From Candidatus Fermentithermobacillus carboniphilus (GTDB lineage Bacteria > Bacillota > Sulfobacillia > Fermentithermobacillales > Fermentithermobacillaceae): 64,000 nt of DNA. The stretch is taken from assembly GCA_018208355.1 (NCBI GenBank), contig CP062796.1:621217-685216 (forward strand). The letters are read 5' to 3'. Of this stretch, positions 6,476 to 15,503 are shown one piece after another (positions within the stretch are counted from its first letter, which is position 1; each line of letters starts with the position of its first letter). The notes beneath the pieces are model-generated. The model worked only from the letters and a program-made list of their open reading frames with translations. It ran no database searches and had not been told where the DNA came from. The position numbers and the translations under genes are program-made.

Positions 6476-7579
6476 TCACTTGACGAGCGCCAGGATCATG
6501 GCTCCCGCTATGACCGAAGCGATCTGACCCGCAACGTTTGCGCCCACCGCCTGCATCAGCACAAAGTTGCCGGGGTCTTCTTTTTGAGCCATCTTTTGCA
6601 CTATCCTTGCAGACATGGGGAATGCCGAGATGCCGCAGGCGCCTATCATCGGGTTAATCTTTTTCTTCAAGAAGAGGTTCAATACCTTCGCGAAAATCAC
6701 TCCGCCCGCCGTATCAAAGACAAACGCCAAAAGGCCCATGCCGATTATTAGAAGGGTCGTAGGTTTGAGAAACTCCGACGCCACCATGGTTGAACCGATG
6801 GTTATGCCCAGGAGGAGCGATACCAGGTTGGTCAGTTCGTTCTGGGCTGCCTTTGACAGCCTTTCGACTACGCCTGACTCTCGCAAGAGATTTCCGAACA
6901 TGAGCGAGCCGACCAGGGCAAGACTTACCGGAGCGACGAGCCCCGCAGCAAGGGTAATAACTATGGGGAAAAGTATCCGGACAGTTTTCGAGACTTTTCG
7001 AGTCTGGCCTGCCGCCATCTTTATGCGCCTTTCTTCGGGGGTAGTCAGCGCCCTAATGACAGGGGGCTGAATGATGGGAACCAAGGACATATAGGAATAC
7101 GCCGCGACCGAGATGGGTGCCAGTAGGTGACGGGCAAACCTCGTGGCTACATAGATAGAAGTCGGACCATCGGCAGCTCCGATAATCCCGATAGACGCGG
7201 CTTCTCTCAGATCGAACCCTGCAAGGACCGCCATTGCCATGGTCAAAAAGATGCCGAACTGAGCGGCCGCACCGAAAAACAGCATGGCTGGCTGTTCCAA
7301 GAGAGGTCCGAAGTCGATCATCGCCCCCACGCCGATGAAGATGAGGAGCGGGAATAATTCCGTCACTATACCTGCATCGTAAAGGGTTGTTAGGAACCCG
7401 TGAGGACCGATCGCCGATGAGCCGGGTATGTTCGAGATGATCGCCCCAAACCCTATTGGAAGCAGGAGAACCGGTTCGTACTCCTTGGCAATTGCGAGGT
7501 AAATGAGGATGAAACCGATGATGATCATCACTACCTGTTGCCATGTGATAGCCAGTAGTCCATAGAATAGCCCGTCCAT
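6476..7579 (-). CDS. Na+-translocating decarboxylase beta subunit (OadB/MmdB/GcdB family membrane protein)
   Basis: Full-length similarity to the OAD_beta family (e.g. GIIGAADGPTSIYVATR...GACGISAFPMSARIVQ). Start placed at the ATG at 7579 with GGGGAGGAA upstream. No alpha or biotin-carrier subunit gene is adjacent. Confidence 0.8.
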   Translation of the reverse strand: MDGLFYGLLAITWQQVVMIIIGFILIYLAIAKEYEPVLLLPIGFGAIISNIPGSSAIGPHGFLTTLYDAGIVTELFPLLIFIGVGAMIDFGPLLEQPAMLFFGAAAQFGIFLTMAMAVLAGFDLREAASIGIIGAADGPTSIYVATRFARHLLAPISVAAYSYMSLVPIIQPPVIRALTTPEERRIKMAAGQTRKVSKTVRILFPIVITLAAGLVAPVSLALVGSLMFGNLLRESGVVERLSKAAQNELTNLVSLLLGITIGSTMVASEFLKPTTLLIIGMGLLAFVFDTAGGVIFAKVLNLFLKKKINPMIGACGISAFPMSARIVQKMAQKEDPGNFVLMQAVGANVAGQIASVIAGAMILALVK

Positions 7580-7829
7580 CAAGATTCCTCCCCCTGTATA
7601 CGTTGGATGTTACGCTCAAGGTCTTTACAAGCGCCGAAGCCCTTCCAAAGACAAAGACCTCTACCCCGACTTTTCACGGGATAAAGGTCTCACTTTAGTA
7701 GGTTCCGCCGGGCCATCGGCCGTGCTGACGGCGGATACCACCCACCCGGTTCCTCTCTGCTCCGCCGCGGAGACCTCGAAAGGCCCCCGGATGGGAAGTT
7801 ACTCCCCTTTATCTGCTCCAGACACTAAC

Positions 7830-7860
7830 AGTATATCGGGACAACCCTCCCGCCTGTCAA
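7830..7860 (-). promoter_or_regulatory. Putative sigma-A promoter (TTGACA-N17-GATATA / N19-TATACT) giving a ~240-nt leader for the decarboxylase beta gene
   Basis: Consensus -35 TTGACA at 7860-7855 on the minus strand. The -10 lies at 7837-7830. Confidence 0.3.
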
Positions 7861-7919
7861 TACAACAAAGCGCGCTGCCCAAGACCTAAACGCAACGGTA
7901 TCGGTGCTTCGGTCGAACG

Positions 7920-9701
7920 TCACTTTACGCTCGCCACTCCTCTATACACAACACCTCTCGCTGCGTCCACAGTGACCACGTCCCCGTCCTTCAGGTGGCG
8001 CGTGGCACTCTCGGCGCCGACCACTGCCGGGATTCCTAGGTGCAGGGCCGCGATGGCTCCGTCAGAAGTCAAGCCACCCTGTTCGAGGATGAGGGCCGAC
8101 GCGTGTCGCAACGAGTGCATGTAGGTCTTGTCGGTAGACGGGGCCACGAGGATACACCCCGGGGTCACCTTAGAAGCAGCCTCCTGGCCGGTCATAGCCA
8201 CGACCACTCTCCCGGATACGGCTTTCTGCCCGATCCCGGTGCCTTTCAGCACCACACGGCCCACCGTCCGGATTTCCATCACGTTGGTTGTCCCGGGAAC
8301 ACCCTGGGGCACGCCTTTAGTGACTACGCAGAGGGCCCCATCTTCGATCAATCCCTCCCGGCGTAGGGCCTCTATGGCTAGGTCAGATACGTCTTTAAAC
8401 TCCGGCACCACGGACCCCGCTTCACGCAGGTGAGGCACCAGAACCGTCTCGACTCCCCAGACGCACGTTAGGTGGCCGCACGTTTCGTCATGAGGAGTAA
8501 CTGCGAAAACAGGCACCCTGGGCCTAAACCGGGCAACCATCCTGGCGGTATATCCCGATTCGGTCGGAGTTATGATGGCCGACGCTCCCAGATCTGCGGC
8601 GGAAATAACCGCTGACCTCGAAACCGCTTCCGTGACGTTTGAAGGGAAACCGGTTTTCAACCGGGAGAGAAAAGCATCCTGGTCGAGGACCTCCTCAGCT
8701 CTCAAAGCGATCCTCGCCATGAACTTCACCGCTTCAACCGGATACTTCCCTGAAGCGGTTTCAGCTGAAAGCATGACGGCGTCGGTCCCGTCGAATATAG
8801 CGTTAGCAACGTCAGATGCTTCAGCCCTCGTCGGTCTAGGGTGTTCCACCATAGATTCCAGCATCTGCGTGGCGGTTATCACTGGTTTCCCCAGTCTGTT
8901 GGCAGCCAGGATCATCCTTTTCTGGAGCACGGGTATTTCCTCGGGAGGATATTCCACTCCGAGGTCGCCCCGGGCAACCATGAGTCCGTCAGCCGTGGCC
9001 AGTATTTCGTCGAGGGCTTCAACGCCCTCTACAGACTCGATTTTCGCTATTATCTTCGCTGAAGAGCCGGCCTCTTCGAGGACGCGCCTCACGTCGAGTA
9101 CATCTTCTGCAGATCGCACGAAAGAGGCCGCCACGAAATCGATTCCCCGCCGCGCACCGAACAAGATGTCGCTTTTGTCTTTTTCATCGACGGCGGGAAG
9201 TCCCTTGAGTCTCACGCCCGGCAGCGACACCTTTTTCCGGTCAGATACGACTCCGTCGTTGAGGACCCTCGTGATCACCCTGTCTCCTCTAGCCTCGACG
9301 ACTTCCAGCTGTATGTTCCCGTCGTCCAGGAGAATCGTTGAGCCTCTAGCCACAATATCGGGAAGGCTTTTCAACGAAACAGAGGCCATTTGGCTATTTC
9401 CCATAATCTCCTCTGTGGTCAGTTCGAAAATTGAACCTTTTTCAAGTCTCGCGCGCCCGCCTTCGAACCTTCCCAGCCGGATCTCTGGTCCACGGGTATC
9501 TAGCATGATGCCTATCCGTTTCCCGGCGCGCCTGGATGCGCGTCTCACGAGCTCCATCCTTTTTCCATGTTCTTCCTGGGTGCCATGAGAGAAATTAAAC
9601 CGCGCCACATCCATACCGGCGAGAACCATCTGGTACAGTATCTCCTCGTCCTCACAAGCAGGTCCCAAAGTACAGACAATTTTGGTCCGTCTCCGTCTCA
9701 T
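7920..9701 (-). CDS. pyk: Pyruvate kinase with a C-terminal PEP-utilizer mobile domain
   Basis: MRRRRTKIVCTLGPA...DVARFNFSHG...; the C-terminal ~100 aa carry the PEP-utilising-enzyme domain, as in the Bacillus/Geobacillus enzymes. GGTGGGGG lies 8 nt before the ATG at 9701. Confidence 0.85.
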   Translation of the reverse strand: MRRRRTKIVCTLGPACEDEEILYQMVLAGMDVARFNFSHGTQEEHGKRMELVRRASRRAGKRIGIMLDTRGPEIRLGRFEGGRARLEKGSIFELTTEEIMGNSQMASVSLKSLPDIVARGSTILLDDGNIQLEVVEARGDRVITRVLNDGVVSDRKKVSLPGVRLKGLPAVDEKDKSDILFGARRGIDFVAASFVRSAEDVLDVRRVLEEAGSSAKIIAKIESVEGVEALDEILATADGLMVARGDLGVEYPPEEIPVLQKRMILAANRLGKPVITATQMLESMVEHPRPTRAEASDVANAIFDGTDAVMLSAETASGKYPVEAVKFMARIALRAEEVLDQDAFLSRLKTGFPSNVTEAVSRSAVISAADLGASAIITPTESGYTARMVARFRPRVPVFAVTPHDETCGHLTCVWGVETVLVPHLREAGSVVPEFKDVSDLAIEALRREGLIEDGALCVVTKGVPQGVPGTTNVMEIRTVGRVVLKGTGIGQKAVSGRVVVAMTGQEAASKVTPGCILVAPSTDKTYMHSLRHASALILEQGGLTSDGAIAALHLGIPAVVGAESATRHLKDGDVVTVDAARGVVYRGVASVK

Positions 9702-9782
9702 CGGTAATCCCCCACCGGCTGTCAATTTTCATTTCGCACAAAATGCGCCTCTCCGGACGCTCCTGGGCACGCTTATGCATTT

Positions 9783-10745
9783 TCAGCGGGCAAGATCCTC
9801 GGCAAGCCTGTAAAGTTCCATGTCTATTTCTTTCTTTCCCTCAAGGACCTTCTCCATGGGGGTGGTAACGAGCTCCGTACCCCGTATGCCGATCATGAGG
9901 CCGCTTCCTCCCTCATATAAGACATCAACGGCTTTGGCTCCCAGCCTGGACGCCAGCAACCGGTCGAAAGCGGTGGGAGTACCCCCTCTCTGTACGTGCC
10001 CTAGCACTGTAACCCGGATCTCCGTCCCCATACACTGCTCGATTTGCCTGGCAACGTCGAAACCCTTACCGGCACCTTCGGCGACCACGATGATGCTGTG
10101 TTTCTTCCCTCTCTCGAGTCCTCTCCTCAATCTGCTGCAGATCTCTTCGATTTCAAGAGGAACTTCCGGAATCAGTATGCTTTCGGCTCCTCCTGCCACC
10201 CCCACGGCGAGGGCCAGCTGACCCGAGTGCCTTCCCATTGTCTCAACCACGAATATCCGTTCGTGAGAGGTGGCCGTATCCCGCAGCCGGTTTACAGCCT
10301 CGACTCCGGTGTTTACGGCGGTGTCAAATCCTATGGAATAATCAGTATAGGGGATGTCGTTGTCAATCGTGCCAGGAACGCCGACCGCCCTCACGCCTCG
10401 CCGGTTGAGCTCTACCATGCCGCGAAAGCTGCCTTCTCCGCCTATCACGATAACCCCGTAAAGACCAGCTCCTCGAATTCTGGCAGCGGCAAGGTCCTGT
10501 CCCTCAGGTTGCATGAATCTTTCAGATCTCGCGGTATGGAGGATGGTCCCGCCACGATGAATGATGTCGGCGACCGAGCTCACGTTCATCGGGTACATGT
10601 CGCCGTCTAAAAGCCCATCATATCCTCTCCGAATCCCGTAAACCTCGAGCCCCAGCGAAATGGCCCTGCGCACAACCGCCCTTATGGCGGCATTCATCCC
10701 GGGTGCATCCCCGCCGCTGGTCAGAACCCCAATCTTCAACTTCAT
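9783..10745 (-). CDS. pfkA: ATP-dependent 6-phosphofructokinase
   Basis: MKLKIGVLTSGGDAPGMNAAIRAVVRRA...; classic PfkA motifs. Confidence 0.85.
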   Translation of the reverse strand: MKLKIGVLTSGGDAPGMNAAIRAVVRRAISLGLEVYGIRRGYDGLLDGDMYPMNVSSVADIIHRGGTILHTARSERFMQPEGQDLAAARIRGAGLYGVIVIGGEGSFRGMVELNRRGVRAVGVPGTIDNDIPYTDYSIGFDTAVNTGVEAVNRLRDTATSHERIFVVETMGRHSGQLALAVGVAGGAESILIPEVPLEIEEICSRLRRGLERGKKHSIIVVAEGAGKGFDVARQIEQCMGTEIRVTVLGHVQRGGTPTAFDRLLASRLGAKAVDVLYEGGSGLMIGIRGTELVTTPMEKVLEGKKEIDMELYRLAEDLAR

Positions 10746-10963
10746 GCCCTGGCAGTTCCCACAAGCTGCATGATGATAGAGTGGGCCTCCCTGGCCTCGA
10801 TTTCCGGAACGAGAAGTTCAACATGACGGGCAAATTTTCCGTCTCCGGAGTTGCAGTTCCGTAACATGACCAGGAGGCCTTCTCTCGCCAGCCTGTTCTT
10901 CATGTACTCAGCCTCTTTCCAACCCGATGCAACATAGATCACGGTCCACACAGGCAGGCCCAT
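10742..10963 (-). CDS. DUF2007-like small protein (putative signal-transducing protein), coupled to the pfkA start
   Basis: A 73-aa ORF overlapping the pfkA start by 4 nt. The pattern ...AEYMKNRLAREGLLVML...LLVPEIEAREAHSII resembles DUF2007. Confidence 0.4.
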   Translation of the reverse strand: MGLPVWTVIYVASGWKEAEYMKNRLAREGLLVMLRNCNSGDGKFARHVELLVPEIEAREAHSIIMQLVGTARA

Positions 10964-11009
10964 GCGCCCCCCAAAGGGTCGGGACTGAGGGCTTCCCCCC
11001 TTCCTGTTT

Positions 11010-14000
11010 TTAGATTGTCTCAGGATTGACGGTTTTGTGCAGTTTATCTATTTCCGTTACGTCTTTTGCCAGTATTCGACGCACTTCCTCCTGTTCCTCC
11101 ATATTCCCCTCGATTATCACCACCTTCTCTTTGGACAGGAACATCTTGGCCCTCTGCCACAGCTTGGGAAATATTATGGCCTCGATTACGCCGAATTCGT
11201 CTTCAACGGTCAAAAACGCCATCTCTTCACCGGCCCTGGTAGTCACCTTTTTCAGAGAAGATACCCTGCCTCCGACTCTCACTTCACTTCCATCAGGGAC
11301 ATTTTCAAGTTCGTTTATTGGAATCGTCCTTTCGCGCAAGATTTCTCTGTATTTTTCCAGAGGGTGCCCGGAAAAGTACATCCCGAGGAGCTCTCTCTCC
11401 CAAGCCAGCTTCACTTCTAGCGGTACCTCTTTCCGAGATGCCCGTGACTTTCCTTCATCTGAGAAGTCCTGAGTTCCGGCCCTTGTGGCTCGCTTCGGGT
11501 CCGTCAAAGGAAGAGGTTCCGGGTAGGGGAACAGCGACTGCATCTGGGCGGCTGCGGCAAAGTCGGAGGGCCTCTCTGAAGAACCTTCAGGTAACGACGA
11601 ACCGGGCAGAGGTTCCCCGAAAAGAAATAGCTGATTCTGGGATTGTCTTTTGCGCTGATTCAAGACTCTATCCATTTCGGCAAGGTTCGAAAAGCGGGTC
11701 CCGAACTCGTCACAGGCGCCGCTCTGTATCAGACTTTCCAGCGCTTTCCTGGTTAGATGATGACTTCCGACCCTGAAAACCAGGTCTTCCAGGGAAACAA
11801 ACTTCCCCCGGCGCAACCTATCTTCCAGAATCGTCCGGGCCAAGTTGTCCCCTACATTCTTTATGCCGCCAAGACCATACCTGATGCCTCCATCTTCCAC
11901 TGAAAACTCGACCTTGCTGTGGTTGACGCTCGGCCCGAGCACCTTGAGCCCCAACCTCTTGGCCTCTTCCAAGTAGACTCCAACCTTCGCCTGGTCGCCT
12001 CTTACGGATGAGAGGAGAGCCGCCATGAACTGCGGCGTGAATCGAGCCTTTAAATACGCAGTCTGGTACGCTAAAAGGGCGTAAGGCGCCGCGTGATTCT
12101 TATTGAACCCGTAATTTGCAAACTTCAAAATGAGGTCGTATATCTCACGGGCGGTACTTTCGGGTATCCCTCTTTCGGTGGCTCCCCTGAGGAACTTTTC
12201 CTCCATCTGAACCAACAGGTCACGCTTCTTTTTCCCCACAGCCCTTCTCAGGATATCCGCTTCCCCCAGGCTGAACCCGGCGACGGCTGAAGCGATTTTC
12301 AGTATCTGTTCCTGATACACCAGGACCCCGTAAGTCTCCTTGAGCACTCCTTCCAGGATGGGATGGAGATAGCGTGGGGTACCGAACCGCGCCCGTATGA
12401 ACTCGGGGATCTGTTCCATCGGGCCGGGCCTGCAGAGGGCGACAGCGGCCACGATATCTTTGAACTCCCGGGGCTTGAGCTCTTTTAAGAAGTCTCTAAC
12501 CCATGAAGACTCAAGCTGAAACACCCCCAAAGATTCTCCCCGGGAAAGCATCTCGTAAGTCTTCGGGTCATTCAGCGGGATTTTATCCAGGTCAATCGGC
12601 TCACGAAGTTCCTCGTTAACCAGGTTTTTTGTTTTCTCAATGACCGTAAGGGTCCTCAAGCCCAAAAAGTCCATCTTAAGGAGCCCCAGTTCCTCGAGGT
12701 TCTCCATGGGATACTGGGTAACCACTGCGCCGTCCTGGGTCTTGGCAAGAGGTACATAATCCCAGAGGGGACCCTTCCCTATTACGACGCCCGCAGCGTG
12801 GACGGAAGAGTGTCTGGGTATACCTTCGAGCTTGAGTGCGGTCTCGATCAGGTTTTTGACCTCCGGCCTCTTCATGGCATCTTTTAAGTCGGGGACGATT
12901 TCCAGAGCCCTTTCAATGGTCATGCCCGGCTGAAACGGGATCAACTTGGCTATCCTGTCGACCTCACTGTAGGGGAGGGCCAGAGCTCTACCCACGTCTC
13001 TCACGGCAGCACGGGCCGCCATGGTGCCGAAGGTTATTATCTGGGCCACCCTGTCTTTTCCGTACTTTTGACGGACGTATTCGATCACTTCATCTCTGCG
13101 ATCGTCCTGGAAATCGATATCGATGTCGGGCATGGTAACTCTCTCAGGATTCAAAAACCTTTCAAAGACCAGGTCATGCTCAACCGGGTCAATATTTGTG
13201 ATCCCGAGGGAGTACGCCACGAGACTCCCCGCGGCGGATCCCCTGCCTGGTCCCACAGCTATGCCCCGGCTTTTCGCGTACGAGACGAAATCAGCCACGA
13301 TCAGGAAATAGGAAGAGTATCCCATCTTCTCGATCATCGAAAGCTCGTATTCCAGGCGACTCTCTCTTTCCGGGTCGCGTCTCCCGGCAAGTCGTTCCCG
13401 CAACCCGGCTATAGCCTTTTGCCGAAGATAGGAATACGCCGTCTCGCCCTCGGGGACCGGAAACTCGGGCAGGTAAATCGAGGAAAAATCCAATTCCACC
13501 CTGCACCTTTCCTCGATAAAGACTGTATTTGCCAGGGCAGAAGGCACATCGCTGAAGGCTTTTTCCATTTCGGCTGGCGATTTTAAGTAGAACTCGTCCC
13601 CGGGAAACCTCAGCCGCTTCGGGTCATTGATACTTGTGGCCGTCTGAATAGCCAAAAGCACGTCGTGATACCGTGCGTCTTCTTTAGAAAGGTAATGGCA
13701 GTCATTGGTCGCTACCAGGGGCACGCCGTTTTTCTTCGAAAGCTCCACAAGTCCCTCATTAAGCAAGTCCTGACCCGGAACACCGTTGCGTTGAAGCTCG
13801 ATGAACACGGATTCTTTCCCGAAAATATCGCGGTAGCGTCCAAGACTATCACGGGCTTCTTTCGGCCGTCGCTGGAGGAGAAGCGAAGGGACCTCTCCCT
13901 CGGGACACGCCGTGAGAGCAATGATGCCACGGGAGTACCGGGCAAGAGTCTCCAGGTCCACCCGCGGACGGTAGTAGAACCCCTCCAGAAACCCAATTGA

Positions 14001-14315
14001 CACGATCTTCATGAGGTTCCGGTATCCTTCATTGTTTTCGGCGAGCAGGACCAGGTGGTAAGGGTTATCCTTCAACCCATCATTCTTGGCGAACCGGGAG
14101 TCTTTTGCTACGTATACCTCGCACCCGATGATGGGGTTCAGGCCCTGAGCCTTACACGCATTGTAGAAATTGACCACGCCGTACATGGTTCCGTGGTCAG
14201 TGATAGCCAGAGATCTCATCCCCATGCTTTTGGCGGCACGACAGACCTCGCTGATCCTGCATGCTCCATCGAGCAGGCTATATTCGGTATGAACGTGAAG
14301 GTGACAAAATCTCAT
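11010..14315 (-). CDS. dnaE: DNA polymerase III alpha subunit (PHP + polymerase + OB domains)
   Basis: MRFCHLHVHTEYSLLDGACRI... (PHP domain) continuing through ~1100 aa. GGAGG lies 9 nt before the ATG at 14315. The track ORF start at 14429 is upstream of the RBS. Confidence 0.85.
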   Translation of the reverse strand: MRFCHLHVHTEYSLLDGACRISEVCRAAKSMGMRSLAITDHGTMYGVVNFYNACKAQGLNPIIGCEVYVAKDSRFAKNDGLKDNPYHLVLLAENNEGYRNLMKIVSIGFLEGFYYRPRVDLETLARYSRGIIALTACPEGEVPSLLLQRRPKEARDSLGRYRDIFGKESVFIELQRNGVPGQDLLNEGLVELSKKNGVPLVATNDCHYLSKEDARYHDVLLAIQTATSINDPKRLRFPGDEFYLKSPAEMEKAFSDVPSALANTVFIEERCRVELDFSSIYLPEFPVPEGETAYSYLRQKAIAGLRERLAGRRDPERESRLEYELSMIEKMGYSSYFLIVADFVSYAKSRGIAVGPGRGSAAGSLVAYSLGITNIDPVEHDLVFERFLNPERVTMPDIDIDFQDDRRDEVIEYVRQKYGKDRVAQIITFGTMAARAAVRDVGRALALPYSEVDRIAKLIPFQPGMTIERALEIVPDLKDAMKRPEVKNLIETALKLEGIPRHSSVHAAGVVIGKGPLWDYVPLAKTQDGAVVTQYPMENLEELGLLKMDFLGLRTLTVIEKTKNLVNEELREPIDLDKIPLNDPKTYEMLSRGESLGVFQLESSWVRDFLKELKPREFKDIVAAVALCRPGPMEQIPEFIRARFGTPRYLHPILEGVLKETYGVLVYQEQILKIASAVAGFSLGEADILRRAVGKKKRDLLVQMEEKFLRGATERGIPESTAREIYDLILKFANYGFNKNHAAPYALLAYQTAYLKARFTPQFMAALLSSVRGDQAKVGVYLEEAKRLGLKVLGPSVNHSKVEFSVEDGGIRYGLGGIKNVGDNLARTILEDRLRRGKFVSLEDLVFRVGSHHLTRKALESLIQSGACDEFGTRFSNLAEMDRVLNQRKRQSQNQLFLFGEPLPGSSLPEGSSERPSDFAAAAQMQSLFPYPEPLPLTDPKRATRAGTQDFSDEGKSRASRKEVPLEVKLAWERELLGMYFSGHPLEKYREILRERTIPINELENVPDGSEVRVGGRVSSLKKVTTRAGEEMAFLTVEDEFGVIEAIIFPKLWQRAKMFLSKEKVVIIEGNMEEQEEVRRILAKDVTEIDKLHKTVNPETI

Positions 14316-14400
14316 CCAGAATTTGCCTCCGAAGCTGTTAATTTTGTCCCACTTCATGTAAAATGTACGCAGACAATTCTGTAGAGAAGGTGAAGCAAAA

Positions 14401-14595
14401 GTGCCCTGGAAATTCTGCCCTGCATGCAAGCAAATCTCCTATTCCGCAGCCACACATTATACCTCATGGCAATGCCCCTATTGCGGGAGAGAGCTGAAAG
14501 ACGAGCCCGAGTATGATAGCCTCGAAGCCAGAGCCCTGAAAGACAAGCATTCTACTGAGGCAGAAACCCAGAAGCCCTCCCCTTCGATACAATAG
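14401..14595 (+). CDS. Small zinc-ribbon protein (CPAC...CPYC)
   Basis: A 64-aa ORF with a GTG start preceded by GAAGGTGAAG, two CxxC pairs and an acidic tail. Divergent from dnaE. Confidence 0.35.
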   Translation: MPWKFCPACKQISYSAATHYTSWQCPYCGRELKDEPEYDSLEARALKDKHSTEAETQKPSPSIQ

Positions 14596-14653
14596 GACCA
14601 AGGTTGAAACCGTGACCCAGCTCCGGCACACGCATCTATTCGTCTTCCTCGAA

Positions 14654-15403
14654 TCAATTCTTTCTTTCCCGCGTAACTCCTTCACCGGGAAGGGAAGAGC
14701 ATATTTCCCTGAGGGAGCACTCGCGACATCGCGGCTTTCTTGAATGGCAGGTCTCCCTGCCGTGCTGGATCAACATCACGTGAAGCGGCAGTTTAATCTC
14801 GTCCGGGATAACTTCTTCCAGCACCGCCTGGGCTTTACCGGCCCCAGACCTTTCAGGCACAAGTCCCAGACGCCGTGATATCCGAAGTATGTGCGTATCT
14901 ACGGGAAATGCGGGCTTTCCGAGGCCGAAAACCAGCACACATGCGGCGGTCTTGGGCCCCACTCCCGGGAGCGATAGGAGATACTCGTAAGCCTCTTCTT
15001 TGGTTAAATCCTGTAACGGGGCAAGGGTGATCTCGCCGAAATCCTGACGGATTTTCTCTAGCGCTGAGATGATTTTCTTCGTTTTTTCGCGCTGCAGCCC
15101 TCCGTAAGATAGAGCCTTTTCCACGGTCAAAGGGTGGGCCTCCAGCACTTTTTCCCAGGTCGGAAAAGTTCTTTTCAGTTCTCTGAATGCTCTTTCGCTC
15201 AACGTATCGTTGGTTGCCTGAGATAGGATAGTGGCGACAAGGACATCAACGGGATTCCCCCGCGAAGGTTCAAGAAGTCTCGACGAAGCGTCCGGGTATT
15301 GCCTCGAAATTAGCTCGTATACCCGTTTCACTATTTCCTTAAGACGTTCTGCATTTCCAGGCTCATTAGCACCCGCGTTTTTCGCCAAATCCATCTGCAG
15401 CAC
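14654..15403 (-). CDS. nth: Endonuclease III (HhH-GPD glycosylase with a 4Fe-4S cluster)
   Basis: LSLPGVGPKTAACVL and the C-terminal cluster loop CHSRKPRCRECSLREIC. Confidence 0.8.
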   Translation of the reverse strand: MLQMDLAKNAGANEPGNAERLKEIVKRVYELISRQYPDASSRLLEPSRGNPVDVLVATILSQATNDTLSERAFRELKRTFPTWEKVLEAHPLTVEKALSYGGLQREKTKKIISALEKIRQDFGEITLAPLQDLTKEEAYEYLLSLPGVGPKTAACVLVFGLGKPAFPVDTHILRISRRLGLVPERSGAGKAQAVLEEVIPDEIKLPLHVMLIQHGRETCHSRKPRCRECSLREICSSLPGEGVTRERKN

Positions 15404-15414
15404 CCTATCTGGTT

Positions 15415-15463
15415 GATTCTGATTCTGATTGTGATCCTGATGCCGATTTTGGTTCTGAATTGA
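15415..15463. repeat. Degenerate GATTCT/GATYCTGAT microsatellite-like tract in the nth-murD intergenic region
   Basis: GATTCTGATTCTGATTGTGATCCTGATGCCGATTTTGGTTCTGAATTGA, read directly from the sequence. Confidence 0.5.
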
Positions 15464-15503
15464 CTTAATTTGCGGCTATTCCGCGGACATCCTGGCGCAA
15501 AGC

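Noticed and set aside
8040-9588. Several long plus-strand ORFs (up to 338 aa) inside pyk; likewise plus-strand ORFs inside dnaE (13068-13586) and minus-strand ORFs inside the OYE gene (20807-21681).
   Set aside because: These are antisense to well-supported conserved genes and typical of high-GC shadow ORFs.
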